Shown here piece by piece: positions 18,713 to 27,061 of a stretch of DNA of 64,000 nucleotides. The DNA is taken from positions 85,864 to 149,863 of the forward strand of contig JBAZCA010000005.1 in NCBI GenBank assembly GCA_041671125.1, read 5' to 3'. The notes under the pieces were generated by a model. That model saw only the letters and a program-made list of their open reading frames with translations, was not told where the DNA came from and did no database searches. The stretch's first letter is position 1. The number at the start of each line of letters is the position of its first letter. The stretch is from Patescibacteria group bacterium. GTDB taxonomy: Bacteria > Patescibacteriota > Patescibacteriia > Patescibacteriales > JBAZCA01. The position numbers and the translations under genes were made by a program.

Positions 18713-18815
18713 AGACTAACTTCTGACAGGATTATTGGATTTAGTCAAATAACGAACTTTGTCCGCCCGAAGAAGGCGGACAAGGAGGGAAAAACTTTAT
18801 TGGATTAAGGTAATT

Positions 18816-19292
18816 ATGAAATGCCCCATCTGCTATTACGAGGATACTAAAGTGGTGGATTCAAGGGTGGCTTCGGACGGATTCTCCATAAGAAGACGGA
18901 GAGAATGCTTAAAATGCGGCTTCCGGTTTTCTACCTATGAAGAGCTGGAAATCCTTGAGCTTACAATTATTAAGCGGGACAGCCGGAAAGAAGCCTATCA
19001 GCGGGAAAAATTGGAGAGAGGCCTTAAAAAAGCTCTGGAAAAACGCCCCATAACCAAGGAAAATTTTAAGAAGCTGGTTAACCTTATAGAACGGGATTTG
19101 CAAAAACTCCGGAAAAGCGAAATCACCTCCAACCAGATCGGCCTCTTCATCATGAAGCACCTGAAAAAAATGGATAAAGTCGCTTATATCCGTTTTGCGA
19201 GTGTTTATCAGTCCTTTAAGGACGTGGAAGAATTTTCGGAAGAGCTGGATAAGTTGCTCGCAGGAAAAGACCGAAAAAAAATTAAAAATTAA
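18816..19292 (+). CDS. nrdR: Transcriptional repressor NrdR
   Basis: Zn-ribbon MKCPICYYEDTKVVDSR...CLKCGFRF followed by an ATP-cone. The start is taken at MKCPIC rather than the upstream TTG of the ORF track. Confidence 0.9.
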   Translation: MKCPICYYEDTKVVDSRVASDGFSIRRRRECLKCGFRFSTYEELEILELTIIKRDSRKEAYQREKLERGLKKALEKRPITKENFKKLVNLIERDLQKLRKSEITSNQIGLFIMKHLKKMDKVAYIRFASVYQSFKDVEEFSEELDKLLAGKDRKKIKN

Positions 19293-19367
19293 AAATTATC
19301 CGCCAGAGTATCTTGCGCCAGTCAGAGGCTGGTCCGCCTCTGGCGGAAAAATTAATACATATTCCCC

Positions 19368-21518
19368 ATGCAACCCCTTAAAGAAATAAAAAACAGCATA
19401 ACCCAGATTTTAAAGCGCTCGGGAGAAATCGCGCCTTTTTTGCCGGAAAAAATTGTTGAAGCGATTTTTAAGGCGACCGAAGCCGTTGGCCAGCCTGATC
19501 GCCAGCTCGCGGAAAAATTAACCAACGAAGTAATCGCCGCGGTAGCCGCAAAGTTTCACGAAAGATCCATTCCGGCGGTTGAGGAAATCCAGGACATGGT
19601 GGAAGAAGTCCTTATCGCCAACCGGCAGATTAAAGCCGCCAAATCCTACATCCTTTACCGGGATCAGCGAGCCCGCTTAAGGGATATGCGGTCTTTAATT
19701 GATTACGCTTCGCTCGTTGAATCTTACATTAATAATAGCGACTGGCGGGTCAAGGAAAACTCCAACATGAGTTACAGCCTCCAGGGTTTAAATAACCACA
19801 TCGCTTCGGATATTTCTTCTAACTACTGGCTTAATAAAATTTACACGGCTAATATCCGTGAAGCCCATAAAGACGGCGATTTGCATTTGCATGATTTACA
19901 GATCATCGCCCCTTACTGCGCCGGCTGGGATTTAAAGGATTTGTTGATGCGCGGTTTTGGCGGAGTTTCGGGGAAAATTGAATCCGGGCCGGCCAAACAT
20001 TTCCGCACGGCGCTCGGGCAGGTGATAAATTTTTTCTATACCGTGCAGGGCGAGGTGGCCGGAGCCATGGCCTTTTCCAACTTTGATACCTATCTTGCGC
20101 CTTTTATTCGCTACGACAGCATGACCAAAAAGGAAGTCCGTCAGAGCCTGCAGGAATTTTTATTCAACATTAATGTCCCGACCCGGGTCGGATTCCAGAC
20201 GCCTTTTACCAACATTACTTTGGATTTGGTAGTAAGCGGAGCCTTAAAGGACGAGCATGTAGTTATCGGCGGAAAACACCAGCTTGAAACCTACAAGGAA
20301 TTCCAGAAAGAAATGGACATGTTTAACGAGGTTTTTGCCGAGCTGATGATGGAAGGCGACGCCAAAGGGCGGGTCTTTACCTTTCCGATCCCGACCTACA
20401 ATATTACCCGGGATTTTGACTGGGATTCGCCAGTCTCCATGAAAGTTTTTGACATGACCGCCAAATACGGCATCCCTTATTTTTCCAACTTCGTCAATTC
20501 AGACATGAGCCCGGATGACGCCCGCTCAATGTGTTGCCGTTTGCGGCTTGATAATCGGGAATTAAGAAAGCGCGGCGGCGGACTTTTCGGCGCCAACCCT
20601 TTAACCGGCTCCATCGGCGTCGTAACGATAAACCTTCCCCGGATCGGCTACCTCGCTAAAACCGAAGAGGAATTCTTTGACCGGTTGTCAGGCCTCATGC
20701 AAATCGCCCGCGAGAGCCTTGAAGTGAAAAGAAAAGTACTTGAAGATTTAACCGACGGCGGGCTCTATCCTTACGCCCGGCATTATTTAGATAATATCAA
20801 AGCGCGCTTCGGCGGCTATTGGAACAACCATTTTTCAACCATCGGCATTATCGGCATGAACGAGGCGCTTCTTAATTTCGCTCCGGTCAGCGCCAATATT
20901 TCCTCGCCAGCCGGCCGGGCTTTTGCCGAAAAAGTTCTTACTTTTATTCGGGAGAAAATGATGGATTACCAGAATTCAACCAACCATTTATATAATCTTG
21001 AAGCCACGCCGGCGGAAGGAACAACCAGGCGCCTCGCTAATCTTGATAAAAAGAAATACGCGGATATTATCGTGGCCAACAACGAAGAAGTAATAACCAG
21101 GGAAGCCGCCCCTTTCTATTCTAATTCCACCCAGCTTCCGGTCGGTTTTACCGATGATATGTTTATGGCCTTGGATTTGCAGGACGGTTTGCAAACTCGC
21201 TATACCGGCGGAACCGTATTTCATGGTTTTATCGGCGAAGCCCTGCCTTCGGCCGAATCGGTAAAAAACCTGGTCCGGAAAATCGCCTACAACTACAAAC
21301 TGCCTTACTTTACTGTTACTCCGACTTTTTCTATCTGCCCGAAACACGGCTATCTGGCCGGCGAGCACCACTACTGCCCAAAATGCGACGAGGAAAACGG
21401 AACCGGCGGAATACCGGCGGCGGGGAAGAAGGCCGAAAAAAAGCCTGAAGCGCCGGATAAACCGGACAGGGCGATAGAGAGTAATTTAGAAAGGGATTTA
21501 ATAACATTGTTAGCTTAG
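19368..21518 (+). CDS. nrdD: Anaerobic ribonucleoside-triphosphate reductase (class III), truncated before the glycyl-radical motif
   Basis: N-terminal ATP-cone, a class III core and the Zn-site region FSICPKHGYLAGEHHYCPKC. The ORF then continues into a low-complexity tail (TGGIPAAGKKAEKKPEAPDKPD...) and stops without any RVxGY motif. Confidence 0.9.
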   Translation: MQPLKEIKNSITQILKRSGEIAPFLPEKIVEAIFKATEAVGQPDRQLAEKLTNEVIAAVAAKFHERSIPAVEEIQDMVEEVLIANRQIKAAKSYILYRDQRARLRDMRSLIDYASLVESYINNSDWRVKENSNMSYSLQGLNNHIASDISSNYWLNKIYTANIREAHKDGDLHLHDLQIIAPYCAGWDLKDLLMRGFGGVSGKIESGPAKHFRTALGQVINFFYTVQGEVAGAMAFSNFDTYLAPFIRYDSMTKKEVRQSLQEFLFNINVPTRVGFQTPFTNITLDLVVSGALKDEHVVIGGKHQLETYKEFQKEMDMFNEVFAELMMEGDAKGRVFTFPIPTYNITRDFDWDSPVSMKVFDMTAKYGIPYFSNFVNSDMSPDDARSMCCRLRLDNRELRKRGGGLFGANPLTGSIGVVTINLPRIGYLAKTEEEFFDRLSGLMQIARESLEVKRKVLEDLTDGGLYPYARHYLDNIKARFGGYWNNHFSTIGIIGMNEALLNFAPVSANISSPAGRAFAEKVLTFIREKMMDYQNSTNHLYNLEATPAEGTTRRLANLDKKKYADIIVANNEEVITREAAPFYSNSTQLPVGFTDDMFMALDLQDGLQTRYTGGTVFHGFIGEALPSAESVKNLVRKIAYNYKLPYFTVTPTFSICPKHGYLAGEHHYCPKCDEENGTGGIPAAGKKAEKKPEAPDKPDRAIESNLERDLITLLA

Positions 21519-21520
21519 AA

Positions 21521-21595
21521 TAAGTCATCAAGTCAAAATAGTCATAAAGTCGGACGGTTTGTTATTCTGACTTCGGACTTTTGGACTTTAGACTA
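21521..21595. repeat. AAGTC/GACTT-unit palindrome between the two nrdD pieces
   Basis: The left arm is aagtcatcaagtcaaaatagtcataaagtcgga. The right arm is tctgacttcggacttttggactttagact. Confidence 0.65.
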
Positions 21596-21603
21596 AAAAA
21601 TAT

Positions 21604-21750
21604 ATGAGTCCAGTTGAAACAAAAAGACAGCCATGCGAAGTTTACAGCCGGGTTTGCGGTTATCTCCGGCCGGTCAGCCAGTGGAACGATTCAAAGCAGG
21701 CGGAATTCGCCAGCCGGAAAATGTATAAAACCGAAAATAGCGAGAAATAA
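21604..21750 (+). CDS. Stand-alone glycyl-radical peptide (the detached C-terminal module of NrdD), 48 aa
   Basis: The translation is MSPVETKRQPCEVYSRVCGYLRPVSQWNDSKQAEFASRKMYKTENSEK. It contains the class III RNR glycyl-radical signature (CEVYSRVCGYLRPV..WN). It is in a different frame from nrdD. Its stop overlaps the nrdG start (TAATG). It is absent from the ORF track because it is under 60 aa. Confidence 0.75.
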   Translation: MSPVETKRQPCEVYSRVCGYLRPVSQWNDSKQAEFASRKMYKTENSEK

Positions 21751-22547
21751 TGAAAATCGGCGGTTTGCAAAAATTCAGCCTTCTTGATTATCCGGGAAAA
21801 ATTTCCGCCATCATATTCACGAAAGGTTGCAATTTCCGCTGTCATTATTGCTATAATCCCATGCTTGTTGAGCCTAAAGGCGGACGTGTCCTGACCCGAC
21901 GGCAAGGCAAGGTAGTATATTCTTCGCCTGATCCGGCTGAACCGGAGGAACTTTCTTCCGATAACGCCGGAAAGGGCGAAGGGCAGGAAGGTCATCCCCT
22001 AAAAGAGGGTGATCTTTTTGTTTTTTTAAAAAAGCGGATCGGGAAGCTGGACGCCGTAGTTATAACCGGAGGCGAGCCGACCATCCAACCGGATTTGCCC
22101 GAGTTCCTCGCGAAAATCAAGGAGCTTGGATTCCTTATAAAACTGGACACGAACGGATCCAGTCCGGAAATGCTTAAAAAAATATTGGACAAAAACTTAG
22201 CGGATTATATTGCCATGGATTTAAAAACTTCTCTGCCGGCTTATGAAAAAGCCTGCGGAGTTAAGTTTGACTTGGAAAAACTGAAAAAAAGTATTAAAAT
22301 GATTAAAGAAAGTTCTTTGCCGCGCGAGTGGCGGACGACCTTAGTTCCGGGAATCGTGGAGGCGGATGATATTTCCGCCTTGGGGAAATTAATCAAGGGC
22401 GAGTCCGTCTGGTATTTGCAGGGGTTTAAAAGCCAGACCCCTTTGGTTAATAATGAATTTCAGGGGAAAAACGGGTACAGCGCGATTGACATGGAAAAGA
22501 TGCGGAAGATTGCCTTGGGATATGTAAAAAAGTGTGAGATAAGATGA
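21750..22547 (+). CDS. nrdG: Anaerobic RNR activating enzyme (radical SAM)
   Basis: CxxxCxxC motif GCNFRCHYCYNP, plus VVITGGEPT. It lies directly downstream of nrdD. Confidence 0.85.
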   Translation: MKIGGLQKFSLLDYPGKISAIIFTKGCNFRCHYCYNPMLVEPKGGRVLTRRQGKVVYSSPDPAEPEELSSDNAGKGEGQEGHPLKEGDLFVFLKKRIGKLDAVVITGGEPTIQPDLPEFLAKIKELGFLIKLDTNGSSPEMLKKILDKNLADYIAMDLKTSLPAYEKACGVKFDLEKLKKSIKMIKESSLPREWRTTLVPGIVEADDISALGKLIKGESVWYLQGFKSQTPLVNNEFQGKNGYSAIDMEKMRKIALGYVKKCEIR

Positions 22548-22649
22548 AAGAATAAAAAAATTTTTAATTTTTAAATTTTGTAATTTTTAAAATTTAGACA
22601 TTTAAAAATTGTTTAAAAATTAAAAATTATAAAATTAAAAATTTTATCT

Positions 22650-22961
22650 ATGGACGGCGAAAAATCAAAGGAGGAAAGGTTGGAAGAGCTTTTGGAAAGG
22701 AACCTCGCGTTAACCGAGGAAATCTATAAGATGACCAAAAGCGTAAAGAATTATATAAATTTCCAAAAGGTTATGAGCGTGATTTATTTCCTTTTGATTG
22801 TCGTGCCGATAATCCTTAGCGTCATTTACCTCCCGCCGCTATTAAAGGGAATTTTCAGCCAGTATGAATCAGTGCTCGGCGGAGATGATTTTTTAAAGAC
22901 CGTGAATCCTTCTGACGCAAGGAATATGTCGCCGGAAATCAGGGGATTTTTTGAGAACTAG
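22650..22961 (+). CDS. Hypothetical small membrane protein
   Basis: 103 aa with one TM segment (VMSVIYFLLIVVPIILSVIYL). I see no recognisable motif. Confidence 0.5.
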   Translation: MDGEKSKEERLEELLERNLALTEEIYKMTKSVKNYINFQKVMSVIYFLLIVVPIILSVIYLPPLLKGIFSQYESVLGGDDFLKTVNPSDARNMSPEIRGFFEN

Positions 22962-22981
22962 AAATTAGGAAGCTTAATTAT

Positions 22982-23302
22982 ATGGAAAAAGATATTAACC
23001 TGACCGCTTTTGAAAAACGGGTTTTAAGCGCGATTAAAGCCATAAAAAAAGGCCGGGTTAGCACCTATAAAGAGGTAGCGAAAAAAATCGGAGCGCCGGG
23101 AGCCGGGCGGGCCGTCGGGAACACATTAAATAAAAACCCCTGGGCGCCGGAAGTTCCTTGTCATAGAATTGTGCGATCTGACGGCCGGATCGGCGGGTAT
23201 GCCGGAGGAAAAAGGAAGAAAATAAAGCTTTTAAAAGAAGAAGGGGTTATTGTGCGTAATAATAAGATTGAGGGGTTTAATGCCGTTTTAATGAGGCTGT
23301 GA
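22982..23302 (+). CDS. MGMT-family DNA-binding/alkyltransferase domain protein
   Basis: Active-site motif VPCHRIV followed by GGYAGG. At 106 aa it is the C-terminal Ogt-like domain only. Confidence 0.8.
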   Translation: MEKDINLTAFEKRVLSAIKAIKKGRVSTYKEVAKKIGAPGAGRAVGNTLNKNPWAPEVPCHRIVRSDGRIGGYAGGKRKKIKLLKEEGVIVRNNKIEGFNAVLMRL

Positions 23303-23445
23303 TTATGATAAGAATGCAAAATTTTTTTGTCGTCATTCTGACCCGCCGAATCGGCGGGGAAGAATCTCGTGGTAATAGCTCTGTTCACGGGATCCTTCGC
23401 TACGCTCAGGATGACGAATTGATTTTTACATTTTAATTTAACTAT

Positions 23446-24669
23446 ATGCATAATGATCACAAAAAATTATTAATTACCGTTGTAATAACTTCCATTGTCG
23501 TAAGTTCCTTATTCGGCGGGGTGGTCGGATTTTGGGCCGGGGTGGCTTCGCGGGAGGCCGATTTTAGCGCGCTTAGGGGTAATATGTTCGGCGCCGGTAA
23601 AGTCGTAAAAGTTGAGGAAGAATCGTCGGTTATTTCAGCGGTGGAAAAAGTTTCGCCGGCTGTCGTAAGTATAATTATCTCCAAAGACCTACCGATTATT
23701 GAAGAATTCCGGGACGCTCCGCTCGGGTCGGATTTTTTTCGCCAGTTTTTCGGGGAAGATTTTAATTTAGGCGTTCCTCAATTCCGGCAGAACGGGACTG
23801 AAAGGCGGGAAATCGGCGGCGGAAGCGGATTCATAATTTCGCCTGACGGATATGTCGTAACCAACCGGCATGTTGTTTCGGACGAAGCGGCTGATTACAC
23901 GGTTTTAACCAACAGCGGAAAAAAATATTCGGCCAAAGTACTCGCCCGGGATACGGTTAATGACCTCGCGGTTTTAAAAGTTGACGCCTCGGGATTGCCG
24001 GCTGTTGAATTTGGCGACAGCGCGGGTCTTAAAGCTGGCCAGTCAGTCATCGCCATCGGCAACGCGCTCGGGGAATTTCGCAATACGGTTTCGGTTGGCG
24101 TTATTTCCGGCCTGGCAAGATCAGTCGTCGCGAGCGGCGGGCTTTCCGGAAGCGAGCAACTGTCCAACGTTATCCAGACCGACGCGTCTATCAATCCCGG
24201 CAACTCCGGCGGGCCGCTCCTAAATCTCGCCGGCCAGGTAATCGGCATCAATACGGCTATTGTTGCCGGAGCGCAGAATATCGGCTTTGCTCTGCCGATT
24301 AACGAAGTCCGGCCTTCAATTGAAAGCGTTCGGCAGACCGGAAAAATCGTCCGGCCCTGGCTCGGAGTGCGTTATGTTTTAATTAATGACGCCCTGGCGG
24401 AAACGCGGAAACTGCCGGTAAAAAGCGGCGCGCTCGTCATTAAAGGAGAAAATGAAAACGAATTGGCAATTGTTCCCGGTTCACCGGCCGACAAAGCAGG
24501 CTTAAAAGAAAATGATATTATTTTAAAACTTGATGGAACCGATATCAATGAAGCCAACCCGCTCGCTAACGCCCTTGGCCGCCATAAGCCGGGCGACGAG
24601 GTAACCCTTAAAATCCGGAGCGGGGAAAGCGAGAAGGAGGTGAAAGTTAAATTGGAAGAGTTAAAATAG
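23446..24669 (+). CDS. HtrA/DegP-type serine protease with a PDZ domain
   Basis: N-terminal TM segment. Catalytic triad contexts VTNRHVV, NDLAVLKV and GNSGGPLLN. The PDZ tail includes GSPADKAGLKENDIILKLDG. Confidence 0.85.
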   Translation: MHNDHKKLLITVVITSIVVSSLFGGVVGFWAGVASREADFSALRGNMFGAGKVVKVEEESSVISAVEKVSPAVVSIIISKDLPIIEEFRDAPLGSDFFRQFFGEDFNLGVPQFRQNGTERREIGGGSGFIISPDGYVVTNRHVVSDEAADYTVLTNSGKKYSAKVLARDTVNDLAVLKVDASGLPAVEFGDSAGLKAGQSVIAIGNALGEFRNTVSVGVISGLARSVVASGGLSGSEQLSNVIQTDASINPGNSGGPLLNLAGQVIGINTAIVAGAQNIGFALPINEVRPSIESVRQTGKIVRPWLGVRYVLINDALAETRKLPVKSGALVIKGENENELAIVPGSPADKAGLKENDIILKLDGTDINEANPLANALGRHKPGDEVTLKIRSGESEKEVKVKLEELK

Positions 24670-24791
24670 GTATGAAATGTCGCTAATTTTTTTTAAAGCT
24701 ACCCGGAAGTACGGGTAGTTTTTCGTTTTCAGAGGGTTGTCCCAATCCCGACGATGGGCTATAATATGAACAATGCGGTAATAAAACCCGT

Positions 24792-25844
24792 TTGAATATG
24801 CGAAAAAACATGAGAAAGAAAAAAATTATTAAACAAGATAGTTTTACCGAATTTTTGCTATACACCGCGCCAAACGGCAAAGTAAAGGTAGAGATATTTC
24901 TTCATAATGAAAGTATTTGGCTGACACAGGCCAGAATCGCCGAGCTTTTTGGGGTTGACAGAAGCGTTGTAACGAAACATTTGCAAAATATCTTTAGCGA
25001 AGGGGAATTGGATAAAAATTTAACTAGTGCAAAAATTGCACAAGTTCAAAAAGAAGGACAGCGAGAAGTATCCAGGGACGTAGAATTTTATAATCTAGAC
25101 GCAATTATATCCGTTGGTTATCGGGTGAATAGTATTTATGCTACGCAGTTTCGAATTTGGGCGACGGAAAGACTGAAAGAGTATATTATCAAGGGCTTTA
25201 CGATGGACGACGAAAAGCTGAAAGATCCGTATAATGTTTTTGGCAAAGACTACTTTGAAGAACAACTGGCGCGAATCAGGAACATTCGTTCCAGCGAGCG
25301 GAGATTCTATCAAAAAGTTACCGATATATACGCGCAGTGCAGTATTGATTACAACCCGAATGAGGAAATAACCAGGCAATTTTTCGCCACCGTGCAGAAT
25401 AAATTGCATTTCACTATATCCGGCCAGACCGCGGCGGAAATTATTCATAGCCGAGTTGGAAATTCAAAGCCGAATATGGGTCTGACAAATTGGAAATACT
25501 CGCCCCGGGGGCCAATCAGGAAAACGGACGTGGCGATTGCTAAAAATTATTTGGATGAAAAGGAGTTGGACGAGCTTAACAGAATTGTGACAATGTACCT
25601 TGATTACGCCGAAATGCAGGCGAAAAAGGGCATAGCGATGCGGATGAAAGACTGGGTAAAGAAGTTAGATGCGTTTCTTAAATTCAATGAAAGGGAAATT
25701 TTGAAAGATAATGGTGATATTTCGCACGAAGTGGCGGTTGCGTTAGCGGAGAGCGAATACGAAAAATATCGCAAAAAACAGGACAAGAATTATATCTCCG
25801 ATTTTGACCGGGAGGTGAAGAAACTTTTGGAGAAGAAAAAATAA
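24792..25844 (+). CDS. RhuM-family protein
   Basis: The N-terminus FLLYTAPNGKVKVEIFLHNESIWLTQARIAELFGVDRSVVTKHLQNIF is typical of the RhuM family. The exact start (24792, 24798 or 24810) is uncertain. Confidence 0.7.
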   Translation: MNMRKNMRKKKIIKQDSFTEFLLYTAPNGKVKVEIFLHNESIWLTQARIAELFGVDRSVVTKHLQNIFSEGELDKNLTSAKIAQVQKEGQREVSRDVEFYNLDAIISVGYRVNSIYATQFRIWATERLKEYIIKGFTMDDEKLKDPYNVFGKDYFEEQLARIRNIRSSERRFYQKVTDIYAQCSIDYNPNEEITRQFFATVQNKLHFTISGQTAAEIIHSRVGNSKPNMGLTNWKYSPRGPIRKTDVAIAKNYLDEKELDELNRIVTMYLDYAEMQAKKGIAMRMKDWVKKLDAFLKFNEREILKDNGDISHEVAVALAESEYEKYRKKQDKNYISDFDREVKKLLEKKK

Positions 25845-25858
25845 ATATTTTTATTATC

Positions 25859-27061
25859 ATGGAAAACCTCCTAAAACAGCTGGAAGAGTTAAGGGAAAAA
25901 ATCGCTCAAACGGCGGGGATTTTGGATATTGAAAAAAAGAAAGTTGAAGCCCGGGAGCTTAAAATGGAAACAGGCAAACCCGGATTCTGGAACGACCGGG
26001 AGCGAGCCGTTTTAGCCGGAAAAAGGCTGGAAAGTCTGGAAAGCGAAACGCGGGAATGGGATGAGCTGGAAAAAGAGGCGAGAGAGTTAGAAGAATTCGC
26101 GGCTCTGGCGGAAAAGGAAGCCGGGGAAAACGTTAGTGAAAAAAGCGGCAAAGCTGAAAAAGATAAAGTGAAAGGCGCGAAAGATAAAGATGTTAAAAAC
26201 GACAGGCCGGTTGACGGGAACGGGATTGAAGAGGGGCTGGCCGAAGAAGTGCATAAGAAGTTTGAAGAGCTGAAAAATAAATTTGAGGCGCTGGAATTCA
26301 TGGTTTTATTTTCCGGAAAATACGACCGCCAGAACGCCATCCTTTCTATTCACGCCGGAACCGGCGGAACCGACGCGCAGGACTGGGCGCAGATTTTAGA
26401 GAGAATGTATTTGCGCTTTAGCGAGAAAAAACGCTGGAAAGCGGAAATTCTTGATACTACTTACGGGGGAGAGGCCGGAATAAAAAGCGCCACTCTGCGG
26501 ATAAAAGGCGACTGGGCTTACGGTTATCTTCGTTCGGAAAACGGGGTGCATCGCCTCGTCCGTATTTCGCCTTTTGACGCCGAAGCCATGCGCCACACTT
26601 CCTTCGCTTTAATAGAAGTAATACCCGAACTGCCGGAGACTGAAGATTTAGAATTAAAAGACGAGGATTTAAGGGTTGATGTTTTCCGCTCTTCCGGGCC
26701 GGGCGGACAAAGCGTTAATACGACTGATTCGGCGGTCAGGATTACCCATCTCGCGACCGGACTCGTAGCGACCTGCCAGACCGAGCGCTCCCAGCACCAA
26801 AACCGGGAGAACTGCTTAAAAATTTTAAAATCAAAACTCGCAAAACTGGCCGAAGACGAGCGGCGGGCTGAAGAATTAAAACTCCGGGGCGAAGCGCAAA
26901 AGGCGGAATGGGGAAAGCAGATCCGCTCTTACGTCATGCAACCCTATAAAATGGTAAAAGACCACCGCACAAAGCATGAAACCCAGGACGTGGACGGGGT
27001 TTTAGATGGCAAGCTGGAAGAATTTATGGAGAGTTATCTGAGGGTGGCGCGAAATGTGTAA
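25859..27061 (+). CDS. prfB: Peptide chain release factor 2
   Basis: SPF tripeptide (RISPFDA) and GGQ (SGPGGQSVNTT). It is a single uninterrupted ORF with no +1 frameshift site. A lineage-specific K/E-rich insert is present. Confidence 0.9.
   Translation: MENLLKQLEELREKIAQTAGILDIEKKKVEARELKMETGKPGFWNDRERAVLAGKRLESLESETREWDELEKEARELEEFAALAEKEAGENVSEKSGKAEKDKVKGAKDKDVKNDRPVDGNGIEEGLAEEVHKKFEELKNKFEALEFMVLFSGKYDRQNAILSIHAGTGGTDAQDWAQILERMYLRFSEKKRWKAEILDTTYGGEAGIKSATLRIKGDWAYGYLRSENGVHRLVRISPFDAEAMRHTSFALIEVIPELPETEDLELKDEDLRVDVFRSSGPGGQSVNTTDSAVRITHLATGLVATCQTERSQHQNRENCLKILKSKLAKLAEDERRAEELKLRGEAQKAEWGKQIRSYVMQPYKMVKDHRTKHETQDVDGVLDGKLEEFMESYLRVARNV

Noticed and set aside
18759-18815. The extended NrdR N-terminus (MSARRRRTRREKLYWIKVI...) from the ORF-track start
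   Set aside because: It starts at a TTG inside a hairpin (TTGTCCGCC...GGCGGACAA). NrdR proteins begin at the Zn-ribbon (MKCPIC), which has its own ATG at 18816.
22548-22649. AT-rich repeat arrays in spacers (also 52520-52636, 58102-58254, 61546-61593) as possible CRISPR arrays
   Set aside because: The units are only 7-13 nt. They are arranged as inverted arms rather than as direct repeats with unique spacers of regular length. No cas genes are present.
25859-27061. The programmed +1 frameshift site typical of many prfB genes
   Set aside because: The gene is one uninterrupted ORF from the N-terminal helix to the GGQ domain. No in-frame UGA with a CUU-UGA-type context occurs near codon 25.
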